A stretch of DNA of 64,000 nucleotides from Lama glama (Eukaryota), in contig CM052816.1 of the NCBI GenBank assembly GCA_028534125.1, positions 62,312,001-62,376,000 of the forward strand, read 5' to 3'. The position numbers and the translations under genes are program-made. The notes under the pieces were generated by a model, which was not told the origin of the DNA, ran no database searches, and was given only the letters and a program-made list of their open reading frames with translations. Positions 12,196 through 26,954 of this stretch are shown piece by piece (the stretch's first letter is position 1; each line of letters opens with the position of its first letter).

Positions 12196-14486
12196 AGAAA
12201 AACAAAAATATGGCATATTAATGAGATTGAATATGATTCAACAGGAGTGAACTATGGTGGCACAATTTTTACAAAAACAACACAGGCATAACAATGCTAT
12301 ATATTTTCTATGGATAAATACATTTCTGTGGATATCTACATGCACATATATAATAAAATAAACACTTTTTTTCCTTAAAAGGCTAGAAGATGCATGTAAC
12401 AATCTTCTAATGCTGATTCCTTCTGTGGGCAGTGGGAAAAGATCTAGATCAGAATTATTGGTTAAAAAGTCTTTAACATTTTAAAAGTTTTAAAATAATA
12501 TTCTGATTTTTGAGTGAAAATGTATCAATGCAGTATTTATATTAATCATTTACATACATGAAAAATAAAAGCAATGCACACTTGCTATAGATATTTTTAA
12601 ATTACATTAAGGTGTAAATAGATTCAAATTCAATTAGTATGTGGCAGTTTGTATCCCAAACTATTTTTACTTCTTTGTCTGAAACACAGAATTAAAAAAT
12701 GTCACTTATGGAAAAACAAGGGAAAAAATCCTAAAATTGTTGGCAGGTGTTTAGAAGAAAGGTCTACAATCTTTGGAACTCTTTCTACTTAATACCTGCA
12801 GGTGGTTTTGGAGTATGTAGGTGCATATATCATGCATACATAGCTACAATCTTATGTTTTAAATGTGTTTGTCATAAATGAGTGACTTTTCATAATATCC
12901 AGGTAGTTTTGAAGGATGTACTGATGATTCTTTAGTAGCCATATTATACTTCAACTTTCTAAAGTATTCACTTTCCAGGAAAAATAAAGCAACATACGCC
13001 TATTTTCAAGCTTCTGTAGCTTTCTTTACTTGTACCAGCCCTTTGCTGTACCTCTTGTGAAGTTCATAATCAGCTTCTCATATACATAGTTAGTTCCTTC
13101 ACTAGGTTATAAACTGGGAGGCAACCATGCCTTTCTTACTTCCCTATCATTAAAGCTGAGTGCTTTGCAATAGTAGGAATTGGGAGTTTACTGAATGAAT
13201 GAGCAAAATATAGCTTAAATGAAAAAGATGGATGTTCTCAGAACTCTGAGTGTTTGAAAGATTTAATTTGCCTCAAAAAAGTAATCAATAAAGTCAATTC
13301 AATGATGATAATAGTTACTTGCAAAACACTGAACTTATTTTATGAGCTCTGAATAGAAGTGAGCTAGATCACTATCCACCAGTTTTATAAACTGGCTCCC
13401 TTTTTATGCTGTTAAAATTAATTTGAAAAATAAAATATATGAAACAAAGATCACGGATATTATTCATGAAAACAATGCTTAAATTTTATTTTCTCACTTG
13501 AGAGCTAGCTGGGAGATGGGGTATAATGCTTCACTCAGCTGGAGACAGCAAGTGGGGCAGGATCTTAATTGTTGAACATCCCCAAAGGACGGATGCTAGT
13601 TATCAAAATCACAATTCCTGGGGGTCATAATGCCTTTAATCCAGGCTGGTATCAATATTCAAAGGGCTAGGTATGAAAAACAGGGCAGCAAAAGTTCCAT
13701 GGCAGTGATGACAGTCACGGCATTTCAGGGATTCTGTGTGTTTGATGTAAGTCTCTAGACAAGGCAGGGGCAAGGTGAAAGGTCCAGAACCCAAAAGAAA
13801 GGGACAAAAGGTGGCTACAAAGTTACTAAGGCAGGAGTTATGTAAATCATAGCTCCAGTCCAAGCTGAAACATGAGTGGAAATCACCAAGTCCATAGTTA
13901 GTCAACATTGATCTTTTATTCTTTCTTTAACCTGTGCACACACATATTTTACATAAACAGAATGATCTCTTATCTGCCTTCTATATTTCAGTTTTTCTCT
14001 CTTCTTTTTTGCTTGTCTTCCCCTCCCTGCTCTCTGTAGACTCCTCCTCCCAGGCTCCCCTGCCTTATTTCTTGTAGTGTTCCAGCTGGCATCTTATCAT
14101 TTCCTCTGCAAGGCCTGAGTACGCTCCTTTTATTACTCTTCCCTCTGTAAATGATCCATCTCTTCCTTTATGCCCCTACTCTTCTTTTTAAACCTTCCAC
14201 AATATCTATCTTGACTGTCTACCCATGTCCCCCTCTATTACATTTAGAATACCCTTGTGGGCATGGACTATGTTTTATTTATGTTTCCTGAATTCTTGGA
14301 CCTGGAGGGAAGAATAGAAATTGGAATCAAGGAGAGAAGTGGAGAGGAAATGTGAGATAAGGGGACAACTTGGGCAAATCACGGAGTGTGTGAACGAGGC
14401 ACCTGCCAGTTTGACTAGACAAGAGCTTTTCCAACAAGGAGTAGGAAATATTCCCTGAGTGCTAATGTGGGTCATTTGCTATTGGT

Positions 14487-14690
14487 CAGGAATGGGCAAA
14501 CCATCACTTATGTGCCAAATACAACCTGCTGTCTATATTTTTTGGAAATAAAATTTCAATGGAACACAGCTATACTCATTTCTCTATGTACTGCGTGAGA
14601 CTGCTTTTGTGTCACCACAGCAGAACTAAGTAGTTGTGACAGAGATTACAGTCAGCAAAGCCTACAGTATAGCCCATTACTTGCCAGGCC
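14487..14690. mobile_element. MER58-type hAT MITE
   Basis: 'aaataaaatttcaatggaacacagctatactcatt...cagcagaactaagtagttgtgacagaga'. Confidence 0.8.
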
Positions 14691-14795
14691 AAGATGTCTC
14701 ATTATATTCCTGAATATAATATAGCACTGCTAACTTCCACCATAGTCAGCAAATATATATCTAGTGAGCTAAGCATTATTTCAGGCCTTGGGGAT

Positions 14796-15178
14796 TTTCT
14801 TAGTCTGCTTGGGCTGTGATAACAAAATACCACAGACTGAGTAGCTTCAGTAATAGTCATTTATTTCTTACAGTTCTGAAGGCTAGGAATCCAAGAGGGG
14901 GCCAGCACGGTTGGGTTCTGGTGAAAACTATCTTCCTGCCTTGCACATGGTGGTCTTCTCATTGTGTGCTCACATGGCCTTTACTCTGTGTGTGTGGAAA
15001 GAGATCTTTCTCTCTTCCTTTTCTTATAAGGTTGCCAGTCCTGTCAGATTAGGATCCTACACTTATGACCACATTTAACCTTAATACCTCCTAAAAACCC
15101 CACCTTCAAATACAGTCAACACAGGGGATTGGGGTTTTAAGGAATGAATTGTGGGAGGATACAATTCATTCCATAGCA
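14796..15178 (-). mobile_element. MLT1A-type solo LTR with 5-bp TSD
   Basis: 'tcttagtctgcttgggctgtgataacaaaataccacagactg...ccatagca'. TSD GGGAT at 14791-14795 and 15179-15183. Confidence 0.88.
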
Positions 15179-17804
15179 GGGATATACAAGAACTAGGGAT
15201 ATTGTGGTGAACATATCAAGCAATTAAGTCCAATGAACTAATTCTTTAAAAAAGAAAAAAATATGAAGAGATCATTTCAAGAATTTGAGTGCTAAGTGGC
15301 AGAAAGAGGCAATAATTAAGGCATGGGGGTACCAAGGGCCTGAACCAGAGTGGTTGTGTTGGGAATTTAAGGCATTTTGAAACCCAAATCAGCAGAAGTT
15401 AATTCTCATTTGAGTGGAGGAGGATACACTGATTTCATAATGAATAATTTTGATTTTTTTCCCTCATAAATCTTTAAAATCTCTTGAATTCACAATTTCA
15501 TTGTGATTTGCATTTCTCTATTTCTTTTGAAGATTTTTAAAAGAAGTGAAAGATCTTAGTTTCTGACTTCCAGGCAGGTGAGAAGCCCCACTGGGCCACT
15601 AGAGAGAGCATAGCTCTATATCAAAAGCCATTTTTAAGCCTCCAGTGACAATTCTTACACCTGTCAATCAGTTCCAGATCCACTAAATCCAGTTACTTCT
15701 AAGCTACAGCACATCACACGCTACTTTAAAGAGCAAAGTGGTTTTTTTTCAGTCTTCTCTCTTCTTAACTAAACCTCTTGGGCTTCTTTTCTTGCCTTAT
15801 TCCGTTCTCCTTTATTTTGCTACTTTGTAGCAAAAAAATCTTATATATTACCCAATGTGTTTTTTGTTCCAAATTTTGATTATCCATAACACTTTTTCTC
15901 CATTCAGGCAGAAACAGATAATGTTTTACTGCCTCAAAGAATGTATGACAAGCAGTCTGTAGATAAAAAAGGAATTAAATATTTGGCATTTGATTTCCAA
16001 AAGCCTAGGATCCTGAGTATAAATGATAGATTTGGAAGACCTTTTTCCTATTCTCCCACCCCTATCCCCCTACACTCAACACATACTAGATAAAGATTCT
16101 ACAGGATTGGAGTAAGAATCTAGTGGATCTCAGAGAAAGTAATCTGCACCATTTTCACTTTAGCTCAAAACTCGGGGGAGTATGATGGACAGAATAAAAA
16201 TTCCATCAGGTTTGGGGTCTGGATAGCAGGAAGCCTGTAACTCCCAATCTCTAGAATATAGTGTAAGGAGGAAGCAAGGTCTCAGAATTCTCTCATACTT
16301 AGCATGGTAGGGGAGTAGCAGAGGACAGCACTGATCTGGCACCAAGTAGATTGTGAAGATCTTTCAGTCAATACAAGAAAGAAAATAAATACCTTTCTTT
16401 CTCAGTATTTCTGAGTATAAGCTCAGTAGCTATCAATCAGACCAAATTATAGCCAGTCTTCAACATGATGACATTTGGAAGGCTCTAGAAACTTAGAACA
16501 AAGATGTAGAGGTAAAAAGAGGAGAAAGCCTTGTATTGATTAAAATTTAGTTTGCAGCCTCCAACAGGAAGAGGGTTCAAAACAGAAATCAAATTCACTC
16601 ATTCATTCAACAAATATCTATTGTGTATGTACATACAAAAATAAATCTTAATTTAAAATAAACTTACATACGCTGAATATCTGAATTTGTGGCTTATGAT
16701 TCACTCCTAGAACATATTCTTCCCTTTCCCATATTTTCCTTATAACATTTAACCTCTTTACATAAATTTGAAGTATATCTATCTTTCTCTAAATCTTATT
16801 CTATTGCATTTTTCTCATACCTGACACAAAGTCCATGTTATGTCATGGAAAAAGCTTACATATTAAAGTTCTCAGAAAATAGCAGTGATTAAGAAACAGC
16901 ATATGGAAGTTACTTTAAATATACAGACATACATGTTACAGAATTCTTTTCATTTCTGATTCTTAAAAAATGTAAGCTTTTATAAATGTCATTGTTGTGT
17001 CATAAGAATCTGTTTTTCTAGTCTCAGAATATGACTTCAAATTTGCATAAATACATATTTCAAATTTGACAGTTTGGGATTTCTAACATATGCTAGCTTC
17101 CATATCAGTCACCAAAAATATATTTTAAGAAACAACTGGAAAAGTTTTTTATATCACCAAAAAGTATTTTTGGTCAATATGGAAAGCCAAGTGAATGTAG
17201 TAAGCCCCCCTCCAGTGCTAACTAAATAAAAATGATAAAATGTTCAAAAAGCTAATATATATGTTGAGGATATAGCTTGGGAGTCAAAATTCTAGGCTCT
17301 GTATATAGCAGTAAGGTAGAAAGGCTGTTTGGTCTGAGAATATGGTACAGAAGCCAACTGCTTTAGACAAAGAGTTGGCAGAAGGATACCAGCACAGCAA
17401 ACCTGCACTAGTTGTAGGTGTGAGGACTGAATTAGCACTTCCCAAGAGTTTGGAAACCTTGGATAGAGAAAATAAAATAAGTCCTATACTAGTGAAAGCC
17501 ACAAGACCACAGCAAAGTTAAACAAAACTGGCTCCTACAGGTTTCTTTCATAATTCAGGACACCTGAGACCAACACAGAAACAACTCACGCTGAAGATAA
17601 GCTCAGAGTCAAAAATTACAAAGTATGTCAGAAAACAAACTGTCAATGAAAAAGTACAAGTAGATCCATTAATGGGAAGAATTCACTTTTAAAGAACTAC
17701 ATGTAACTGAAAAGGATGTAAGAAACTTTAAAATAAATGTGTTAAAAGAGATTTTAAAAGAGGAATATAGTTAATAAGAACGGGATATAATAAAAATATA
17801 ATAA

Positions 17805-17903
17805 TGTAATAACTTTGGTATACAATGTATAAAAATACTGAATCACTATGTTGCACACATGAAACCAAATAATACTGTAAGTCACCTATAATTCAATTTA
17901 AAA
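17805..17903 (+). mobile_element. Short L1 3' end
   Basis: 'tataaaaatactgaatcactatgttgcacacatgaaacc...tataattcaatt'. Confidence 0.7.
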
Positions 17904-18084
17904 TATCTATCTAATAAAACAAAAAGAGAATTTGAATAAGAATCCAAATGGAGATTGTAAATATGAAAAAAGTAAGGTTAAAGAAGACAGAATTAGCAAA
18001 TTGAAAAAACTGCTAAAGGTAACAAACAATTAATCTGTAAGACTCTCAGGTTATTTTAGAGAGGCAAGATAGAGACTTCCTTCC

Positions 18085-18500
18085 AAAAACAACAAACTCG
18101 TAAAAAAAGAGATCATTTTGTGGTTGCCAGACGCAGTGTGGTGGGGTGGAACTGGATGAATGTGGTCATAAGGTAGAAACCCCCAGTTATAAGATAAATT
18201 AAGTACTAGGGATGTAATGTACAGTATGATAAATATAATACTACTATTTATTATATATGAAATGTGTTAAGAGAATAAATCCTAAAAGTTCTCATCACAA
18301 GGAAAAAGTATTTTTTTCTATTTCTTTAATTTGGCACCTATATGAGTTGAGACATGTTCACTAAACCTCTTGGGGTAATCATCTGATGATGTATGTAGGT
18401 CAAATCATTATGCTGTACACCTTAGACTTACACAGTGCTGTATGCCAATTTTATCTCAATAAAACTGGAAGAAAAAAAAATGACCAAAAAAAAAAAAAAA
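18085..18500 (+). mobile_element. L1MA/L1MB-type 3' end with poly(A)
   Basis: 'gtggttgccaga', 'aaaagttctcatcacaagg', 'tatctcaataaaactggaag' and an A tail; degenerate TSD 'aagata..acttcctt'. Confidence 0.85.
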
Positions 18501-18789
18501 GATAAAACTTCCTTGACTCCTTCCAAGCACAGAGTAGAGCTATAAGGGGTTTTAGAAAGTTATCTAATTCAGCACTAAAATCAAGGAAAGAATCCCCCCA
18601 AAATCTCTTTCAAATAATACTGTACATGTTTCTCTAATAATTAAACTGTCTTACACTTCAGATTTGCAGTTCCCAACTTCAGTGCCAAATCACTAAAATG
18701 GGAACAACTTTAATACGTTTTTAAATTTTTTTCTTGGACTTATAAAGTCACTGACTGGTTCTCTGATAGGACTATTCTAAAACCTCTGC

Positions 18790-20360
18790 CATTTGTCATT
18801 GCTTTCAAATTCTTCCTAGATCTACCACCTCTCTTTTTCTAATGGCTTCTCACATTAAAAAACCCAAAACACAAAAAAACACCAAATTCCCTTAGTCTTG
18901 TATTTTGTTCCAGCTACTACCTTCCCTCTCCTTCCTGTCACAGCAAAACTTCTCAAGAGAACAGTCTCTACTTGTTTTCTAAACTTTTTCACTTCTGCAA
19001 GTATTCTTCAACACATTCTAAGCTGTTACTAGATATTCTTCCATTTTCATCTTTCTTGATCTCTTGGTTGCATTTGACAGTGTTGATTATTCCCTTCTTA
19101 AAAAATTTTAAACATCTTGAAATGTTTGTCATGTACCTTAATTTTTATAATACACCACTCTTTTTTGCTTCTACTTTCCTGCTTGTTTCTCAGGTGCATC
19201 TTCATTATCCATCCCCCAGAATTGGACTTCTTTGATCCTTAGTCTTAAGTTGACTTCTCACATTTTTTCTTATCAATCTATACAATTTCCCTAGGCAATG
19301 GACCTACAGCTTTTGCTAGTAATGGTACGCAGATGACTTTCAGATTTGTAACTCCAGCCCTAGCCTTTCTTTTAAACTATATATCTTCTATATATCTATT
19401 TGATACTTCTGTTGTGATGTCTTAAAAGCCCTGAATTCAATATGCCTCAAACTGAACTCATAATCTCCTCTACATAACCGAATCACTTTTAACTTCCTTT
19501 AATCTACTGAATCCAACCCAGCTCTACAAGCTAATATTCTAGGTGTATTCTTAACATTTCTTCCCAATTTATCAGTAAATCCATTTATCTTAGTCCTCAA
19601 ATTTCTCTTGAATCCATTCCTCCCCTCCTATCTTTACAACTACCACTCTCTTCACCTGGACTACCTCATTAAACTACTAACTGGTCCCTACATCCTTTCT
19701 TGCATCTAACAATTTTTACACATTTTGCCAAAATAAGGTTCTCAAACTGCCATTCCTATCATTGCCACTCCAGGATTTAAGAACCTCCAATGCCTTCCTT
19801 TTGCTCTCAGGCTGTATAGATGCTGGTTCTATACAATGTGGTCCCTCCTACTCCACTCCAGCCTCACCACCTTCATCCCTCACCAGCTATGCCATTGCCC
19901 TCTGAGCTGTAGTCAGTCCGTCTTCTCTTCTCCTCTCCTCTTCTCTCCTCTCTTTCCTTCCTTCCTTCATTTCTCTTTCTCTCTTTCTTTCCACTTCCTT
20001 AAATGTACCATCCTCCTGCAGGATACAGATCTTGGCACACACCAGGTTGTTTATCTGGAATGTTGGGCCTTCAGATCTCTTTATCTAGTTAACTCCTACT
20101 CATTTATTGTATCTTGACTAAAAGACATTTTTGCAGGGAAGCCTTTTCTGATTCCTTAATCTAAAAGAGGTCCCCCACTTAATAAGCTCTCATAGCAACA
20201 TGTACTTCTCTCTTACAGCATTTATCAGAGTTTGAATTTACATATTTGTGTATGAGAGCTTGATTAATGTGTGCTATTCCCACTATACTTTAAGTTTTGT
20301 GCCTAATACACTGACTGCTATGTAGTAGCCATTTAATTAGTATCTATTGAATGAATGAGA
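18790..20360 (+). mobile_element. L2 LINE 3' portion
   Basis: 'ccagctactacc...cagcaaaacttctcaagaga' (YRPISLL/SKLLE region), 'gcagatgact' and terminal 'tgaatgaatga'. Confidence 0.8.
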
Positions 20361-21340
20361 CATTATAATAATGTGTTTAATAGATTTCTAATGTTTGTAA
20401 ATGCTTCAGTTTTTAAATTCTTTATTTCTAATTTGTTCTATTTTATTCTCCCTATACTCTAAATCTATTTGCATTCTGATTTTCTTTCTCGATTGGAGGA
20501 AAAGGGTAAGGGTTATAGCTGAGGAGTTGGAAACTCTTTGTAAACCTGGAGATTTTCCTGACAATGTGAGTGAAATCCTCCTTCATTTGTGTCACAATGA
20601 GGAAAAAAGAAAAAAACACACCTGAGAATTGCTGCTCTAGATTGCCAACTAACAGATTATTATTTTTTAAAAAATGAAACAAAGTTCGAACAAGAACAGA
20701 AATAATCATGAGACACATCATACCTCTTTAGACTAGTCAGCAACATGTGACTAAGGAAAGTCACATTTTATTCACTGTGTTGTATATCTACTGTGTGGTG
20801 TCCTAGTTTTAACCTTCCCTCTGGGAATAAGAAGCTTTTTTGATAAGTAACTATAACAAGCAGAAAGTAGAACAATCCAGTTCTCTAAAATAGTGCTTCA
20901 AGTTTAGGAGATATTATGTTCTTTATACTGATGGTTATATATATAAAAAAGATAATATTAGGCATAGCTTTATTCCAGTTTCATAGACATCCATAAAAAT
21001 TCAGTTCATATACATAATATTTACTTTGGCTTTTCAAACATAATGCTGTGTATAATGTTCTAAATTAAATTTTCAAATGTTGCCTTACCTGTGGAAATTA
21101 TTATGTTATTGACTGAATATTTGTGTCTCTCCAAAGTTCATATGCTGAAATCCTAACCTCCAGTGTGATAACCAAGATAATCACTGTTAATATTTTATTA
21201 TTCAAACTTTGTTCTTGGTATGTATGTGCATGATTTTTCACAAAATAAGATCATGGTAGATACATATTTTCCCACTGTGAACATTTTGCAAACCTGTATT
21301 CTTTTCTGTCTTTTTATAATGGATGCAAAATATTCTAGAG

Positions 21341-21561
21341 CAGTGGTTCTTAACTGGGATGATTTTGTCAAAAGGGGACACTGGGCAGTGGCTGGGGACA
21401 TTTTTCATTGTTGTGACTGGGGATGTACAAGTGCTACTACTGCCTGTGCATCTCGTGTGTAGGGGCCAGGGATGCTGCTAACCATCCTATAAAGCACAGA
21501 CAGCCCCCCAACAAAATGACCCAGTCTAAAATGTCAACAGCAACAAGGTTGAGAAATTCTG
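21341..21561. mobile_element. MER20 hAT MITE
   Basis: TIRs 'cagtggttcttaac' and 'gttgagaaattctg'; internal 'ggccagggatgctgctaaccatcct'. Confidence 0.9.
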
Positions 21562-21819
21562 TTTCAGTGCAGAGCACATTTTAAATCCTGCAATCAATGG
21601 AGGATTAAATCAAACCACATACTGCACTGTCAATAAATTCTGAAGTTATAGTACTTTACTGCATTTTTTCTGTAGGGATGCATAAAGTCCGTTTTAATAC
21701 TTCTAAAATTCTTTTTGATGTAATCTCTTTGGGTAGCTTTTGAAAAGCCAAGAAAAATCCTGGCATCCAATCCCTAAACATCCAGTTGTGAAAATACAAT
21801 TCTTAAACTCAGCATTATA

Positions 21820-22010
21820 CAATTTTCAGAGCACTTTGTATCTCTTTTTCCTAGAATTTATCACAATGTAATTTTACATCGATTTGTGTGTTTCTTCCAC
21901 TAAATTATAACTACCACAGAGGCAAGGACCATGTGTCTTTTCTTACCATAATGTTCCCTAGCATAAGGCCTTGCACATACTAAGTGCTTAAATGTTTGTT
22001 AAATGAATTA
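21820..22010 (+). mobile_element. L2 3' end
   Basis: 'gaggcaaggaccatgtgtct...gtgcttaaatgtttgttaaatgaat'. Confidence 0.7.
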
Positions 22011-22714
22011 CAGTAGCAGCTAATGCAATGAAGGAATTACTTTTCATACTTTTGTCACAAAAACCAAAGAAAGCATAAATATACGTAAAATCAAAGTGAT
22101 GTATATTAATTTCAATTAATAGTGAAAAGTAATATACACATTATATCAAACATTCAACACTACAAGGAGGGTTCATAGTTAAAATGGCAGAAGAAAAACT
22201 ACGAACATGTAGTCACACACATTACGCTTTGTGATTTTTTTTCATGAATGACTAACAATAATCTGGTTCACCCAGTAGTAGTTTTTGTTTGTCTAATTTC
22301 TATATTCACTAATTCATCTATTTACTCTTTATTTCGGATTAATACACAGATGTAGAAGACCAACCATGTTAAATATCTGATACCTTCAAATCAAGTGTTT
22401 TATTGCCCAGTATTGTTTTGTCTCTTTTAACTCTAGTAGGGATTACATTTAAAGAAGTCAGCTAAAAACAAACATCTCAGTGGTACAAGATAAACAAAAA
22501 ATATGTCAGTGATTTTGTGGTCACATCTTAAGCCCTTCCTTATTTCCATCAAAACAGATACATTTGCCTTCAGATAAATTTTCAGTATGAGCGAGATTTC
22601 TAAGTCAATCCTTTCCTCATAACTCAAATCTAATTAGAAGAAGCAAAATAGACAAAGCTAAAAATCTGATTGCAGATTTTCAAATCCTTAAAAATTTATG
22701 CTTCAGAAAGGCAT

Positions 22715-22900
22715 AAGTTGAATTCACAATTTTTCCACTTATTGTATTTTGTGAATTTAGATAAATTATTTAACCTGAGTCTCAGTTTACTCGTCTATGC
22801 GATGGGACTAATACCACTTACATTATAGGTTTATTGTAAGAATTAAATGAGATCATACACATAACAATAAATAAAGACCCTGATGCAAGAGCACGTTAAA
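22715..22900 (+). mobile_element. MIR
   Basis: Core 'ttaacctgagtctcagtttactcgtctat...ttgtaagaattaaatgagat'. Confidence 0.75.
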
Positions 22901-24271
22901 TAAATAACCCTAAAGGCCATAGCATATTCTGGTAATATAATTCAGAATCTGATCTCAGATACCTAGGAAAGAAACATAAGACTATTTTGCTGTAATTTGT
23001 TACTGGTTAGATGTACAAGGAAATGAATAGTGTATTTACATAGTTAAGTTTCCTATTCCTTGCCCAGCTATTACTGTCAAATTGAACAGAGAAGGATACC
23101 AAGACTATTTCAGTGGTATAAACCTGCTGAAGCCTACCATTTAACTTCTCTTCAGTTGGGCAAGGCTGGTTATCAATAACAGTACTCTCCTCTAAAGTGT
23201 GATAAATACAGACAAAACAAATAAGTTTGTACCCATCTATTCCAAAGACATCTTTTTATGCCTTTCTGTGAAATATACTACTTCTTCTTCTGCTGCTGCT
23301 TTTTTTTTTAAAGAGCATTAAAGAAGTTTTTCTATTTTTGCGGCTGTACTGGGAAGGAGCATGCCATTATGGTGGCCATGGTTTATTTTTCTGGCCCATG
23401 GATTTCAGTCAGGCAGTGAATGCCTGCAATAACTGAAAATTGATGGGTACCTCTAAGTTCCAAACTAAAGTTTTAGAAGTAGGCCATTACTTCACATATA
23501 TGCCCAAACCATTCATGTTCCATTGAAAAATCAGCTTTATTTCAAAAATAAACTTTGAAGCTAGAAAATAAAGTTAGAGGTGGGCAATTGTGGCACTGAC
23601 CACAATTTCCAAAGGCACATGTGATTTACTCTGATGTCCTACAGTTTAGCTGAACAGTGGCTTATTTGAAGAGCAATTTATCTCAGACGAACACATCAGG
23701 GCCCTCAGTAAGGTTTTTTTTGAAAATCACTTTTACTTCTGCTAAGGAAGGAGCAAACAAATAATTTTCAGGCTTTTACCTGAGCATGCAGGAATACTAA
23801 AAAGAGATTGCAGTGCTGCATGAGGCACAAGGGAACACAGAAGGTACCTCAAATATGCAACTCATGGGCTGCTGCTGGCAATGGAAACCCAGCACAAGGG
23901 AAATTTCAAGGAAAACAAAACTGTCGTGCATTTCCTCTTAAAAACTATGACAGAGAGGTGTGATAATTTTCACAGGGGAGAATATATAAATGAAGACAGT
24001 ATGAAAATAGTAAAGGCATGCCCAAAAAGCGAATAGAGTAGGATATAGTTAATTTAACAATGTGTCACTAGATGAATTGTGTGAAATCATCCTTTAAAAG
24101 AAGTGAAAGGCATCAATAAAGAAAGGAGAGAAAGGGCACACGAGAGATAAGAATGGTGCAAGCGAGGCTATAAATAAGGGAATTAACAATCTGGATGTAG
24201 GTGTGTGACAAATAGTAGAGGAAGTAACAATAAATAAATATGGGTTGGCAGCAAGTGTCAGCAGAGGATAT

Positions 24272-24370
24272 ACAGATAGGTTTTCATCCCCTTCACACAA
24301 GACATCTGGAAATTTATAACAGATAGGTTTTCATCCCCTTCACACAAGACATCTGGAAATTTATAACAGA
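24272..24370. repeat. Perfect 47-bp tandem duplication
   Basis: 'acagataggttttcatccccttcacacaagacatctggaaatttata' at 24272-24318 and 24319-24365, followed by 'acaga'. Confidence 0.97.
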
Positions 24371-25204
24371 AAAGGAAAATAAAAGTGGGAAAAATAAGTG
24401 GAATGTCATGCATACTAAAAAAAGGTGCATGGACTTGAATGCAAACATTTCATTTCTAATTTATAATGTGGCTGGAATACGATAAACTCTAAAGACTAGT
24501 ACTATAGTTAGAATTCAACCTATAAATAACAAACACTTAGATGTTTTGTCTATTGTGTAATTAAACTCAAAATAAGGTAGAGAATTGTTTAAAATAATGC
24601 TAGCTGAAAGGAAAGGCAAGATTTGAACACCAACTTCATCAACTTGTGAATCTAAATGAATCAACACTGGAAACTAATAAGGAATATAGATAAATTTACA
24701 GTTAACAATATTTGTAACCAAGGTTTCTTAATCTGTGATCCATGGATAGAATGGGGAGGGGGTGGTGTCTATGAACCAGGATGGGAAAATAAATTGTGTA
24801 TCAATTTTTTCTAACCTCCATTTGAAATCTATCATTTCCTTCAAATGATGAATGTAGGAGACAAACCTCAGCAGTATTAGCAGTGTCTGTGACTTTGAGA
24901 CCAATAGAAATGACATTACAATTACTGTAGATATTCCTGTATATCATTTACACTCATCACTTTGATGACTTTACAGTAAGAATTAGATCCACTACCAGGT
25001 CCTGCCTTTAAAAAGAAGCACATATTTTGACTGTATCAATTTTTTTTAATTATTTTGATAACTTTTTTGATTTAATTAGTTTTTTGTCCATGTATTTTCT
25101 CTTATGCATTTAAAATATTTTTTAAAAGTTTGCTAAAGAGGTCTGTGGCACAAAAAGGTTAGGAACCTACAGTCTAAGTATAAAATAAGTGCAGTTTGTT
25201 TACT

Positions 25205-25556
25205 ATAGTTCACAATCTGTTAATAGAACCTGTAGGGACAGATATGTTTCAGAAATCAGATTTTTAAAAATTTCAGGTAAGTAAAGAAAGTGCATAAAAT
25301 GGAATGCCCTAGCACAGTCTGGGCAGTGCTCTTAAATCAAACATAAAATATTTTCTTCAATGAAACATATAAAAATATACACTACATGGAACAAATAAAA
25401 GCAATACATAGTTTCCCTTTACTTCAATTCAGGGTTTACTGCTAAACACTTTTAGATCAGGACAAGTTTGGTGATCAAATGAATTATGAAAACAAAAAAC
25501 TTTGGCTTTTTCAAGGGTTTCTGAATTTTAGAACTGTGATACAGACTGTGGTCTTA
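25205..25556. mobile_element. Old TcMar-Tigger-like MITE
   Basis: 'tagttcacaatctgtta...cagatatgtttcagaaatcagatttt' and the opposite end 'gaattttagaactgtgatacagactgtgg'. Confidence 0.5.
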
Positions 25557-26763
25557 CTTTTATATACATGAATAAATATTCATCAGTTCTGCCATCTTCC
25601 CTATTTATATCTACTTCCCCCCATAATTCTGCATTAATAACTTTTTTTTCTCTGCATTATTTAAATTTTGTTAGTAGCATGTTTTCTTAAAAGTTTGGTC
25701 AAAGCAATTAGATTTGTAGCAGAATGTCATCGTAAGTCTTTTATTTACAAATCACGGAATTCAGGTGATGAAATTTTGATAATAGGTTATCGTTCTGAGT
25801 GAGAAAGCTGCCTTTTACAGAGGACTCTGATGTTTCTGGCTGTAGTCACCTACAATATTCTTGGCTCATTCTCAGTTTAGCTATTAATAGAGCTTCTTTG
25901 GTAATCATCATAGAATCCTCCAGCACATTTTTTTTTCCTGTGTGGCACTGACACATATTAAGATTGTCCACTAACTTATGACCCATTTGGGGAAAAACAT
26001 GTTATTTTGCCAAAGAAAATAGATATTGGAAAGAAAAAGCAAGAAGAGAAAAGGGAAGACATATATTTTATAAACCATCAAATTGTTTTAAAAAAAAAGA
26101 AAAGCCACATAACGTAAACAAAGCACAATAAACCTGCTCTGCTGGGAAATCAGACTAGCAAACAAGACTGACATAAACCAAACAATGGCAAGCACTGGGT
26201 AAAAGGTCTGCACAATCATACCACAAAAATGAACAAACTGTGTTTGAAAGAAACAATATAGATGACTCTGCTTAGTAACCCAAAGTTAAATCAAAACAGT
26301 AATCTCAGAAAAATAAGCTCTTCACATAAAATATAAACTAAAACTAAATAATATATTGATCACACATATGTGTAGTGTGTATGAGACATGAAACTAACAC
26401 AAGGCAAGAAATATAGTTAACTGAGGATATTCTAGTTCCTGGGTTGAGCAGTGGGTTTATGAGGATTCATCAAATCATTAATAAAAGCAAACAAACAAAA
26501 CAAATAAGTAAAATGAAATAAGTAAAAGTGCATAAATCAATTATGATATTTTGTCATAAACCATGGATTATGAAAAATTCAATTTTGGGCAGCCGAGGAA
26601 AAAATGTTTTACACTAAAAAAAAGTTTACAGGTCTTCATGAAGCCACTTTGTCAACTGATTTTTCACTTCATAGCTGCTAATCAAAATATGAGGGAGGAT
26701 AAATTAAGAAATGTCAGTAGTAAAAAGCCTCTTTTCCTAGTCAACTTTTAAGAACATTTTATC

Positions 26764-26954
26764 TAGTGATGTGCTAGAATCAGCTTAAAGAGCCAAATGT
26801 GCACATCTCTTCCCAATTCTCCATTCAGTGATTTCATATTGGTTGCTTGAAACCAACCATGGTGATTTATACCATGTATTTATACCATGGCAATCAGCAA
26901 GTACTACAAGTCAGAGCTTTTTCCCCTGGAGAAATATTTATCAGCATACCACTG
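26764..26954. mobile_element. MER63A-type hAT-Blackjack MITE with 8-bp TSD, nested in an antisense L1 3' end
   Basis: TIRs 'tagtgatgtgct' and 'agcataccactg'; TSD attttatc (26756-26763) and attttatt (26955-26962). Confidence 0.85.

Noticed and set aside
21084..21092. Strong minus-strand donor cag|gtaagg
   Set aside because: The upstream sequence is an LTR fragment, and I see no convincing acceptor.
23300..23950. Repeat-free block that might be a conserved enhancer
   Set aside because: Conservation cannot be judged from one sequence, and there is no distinctive motif cluster.
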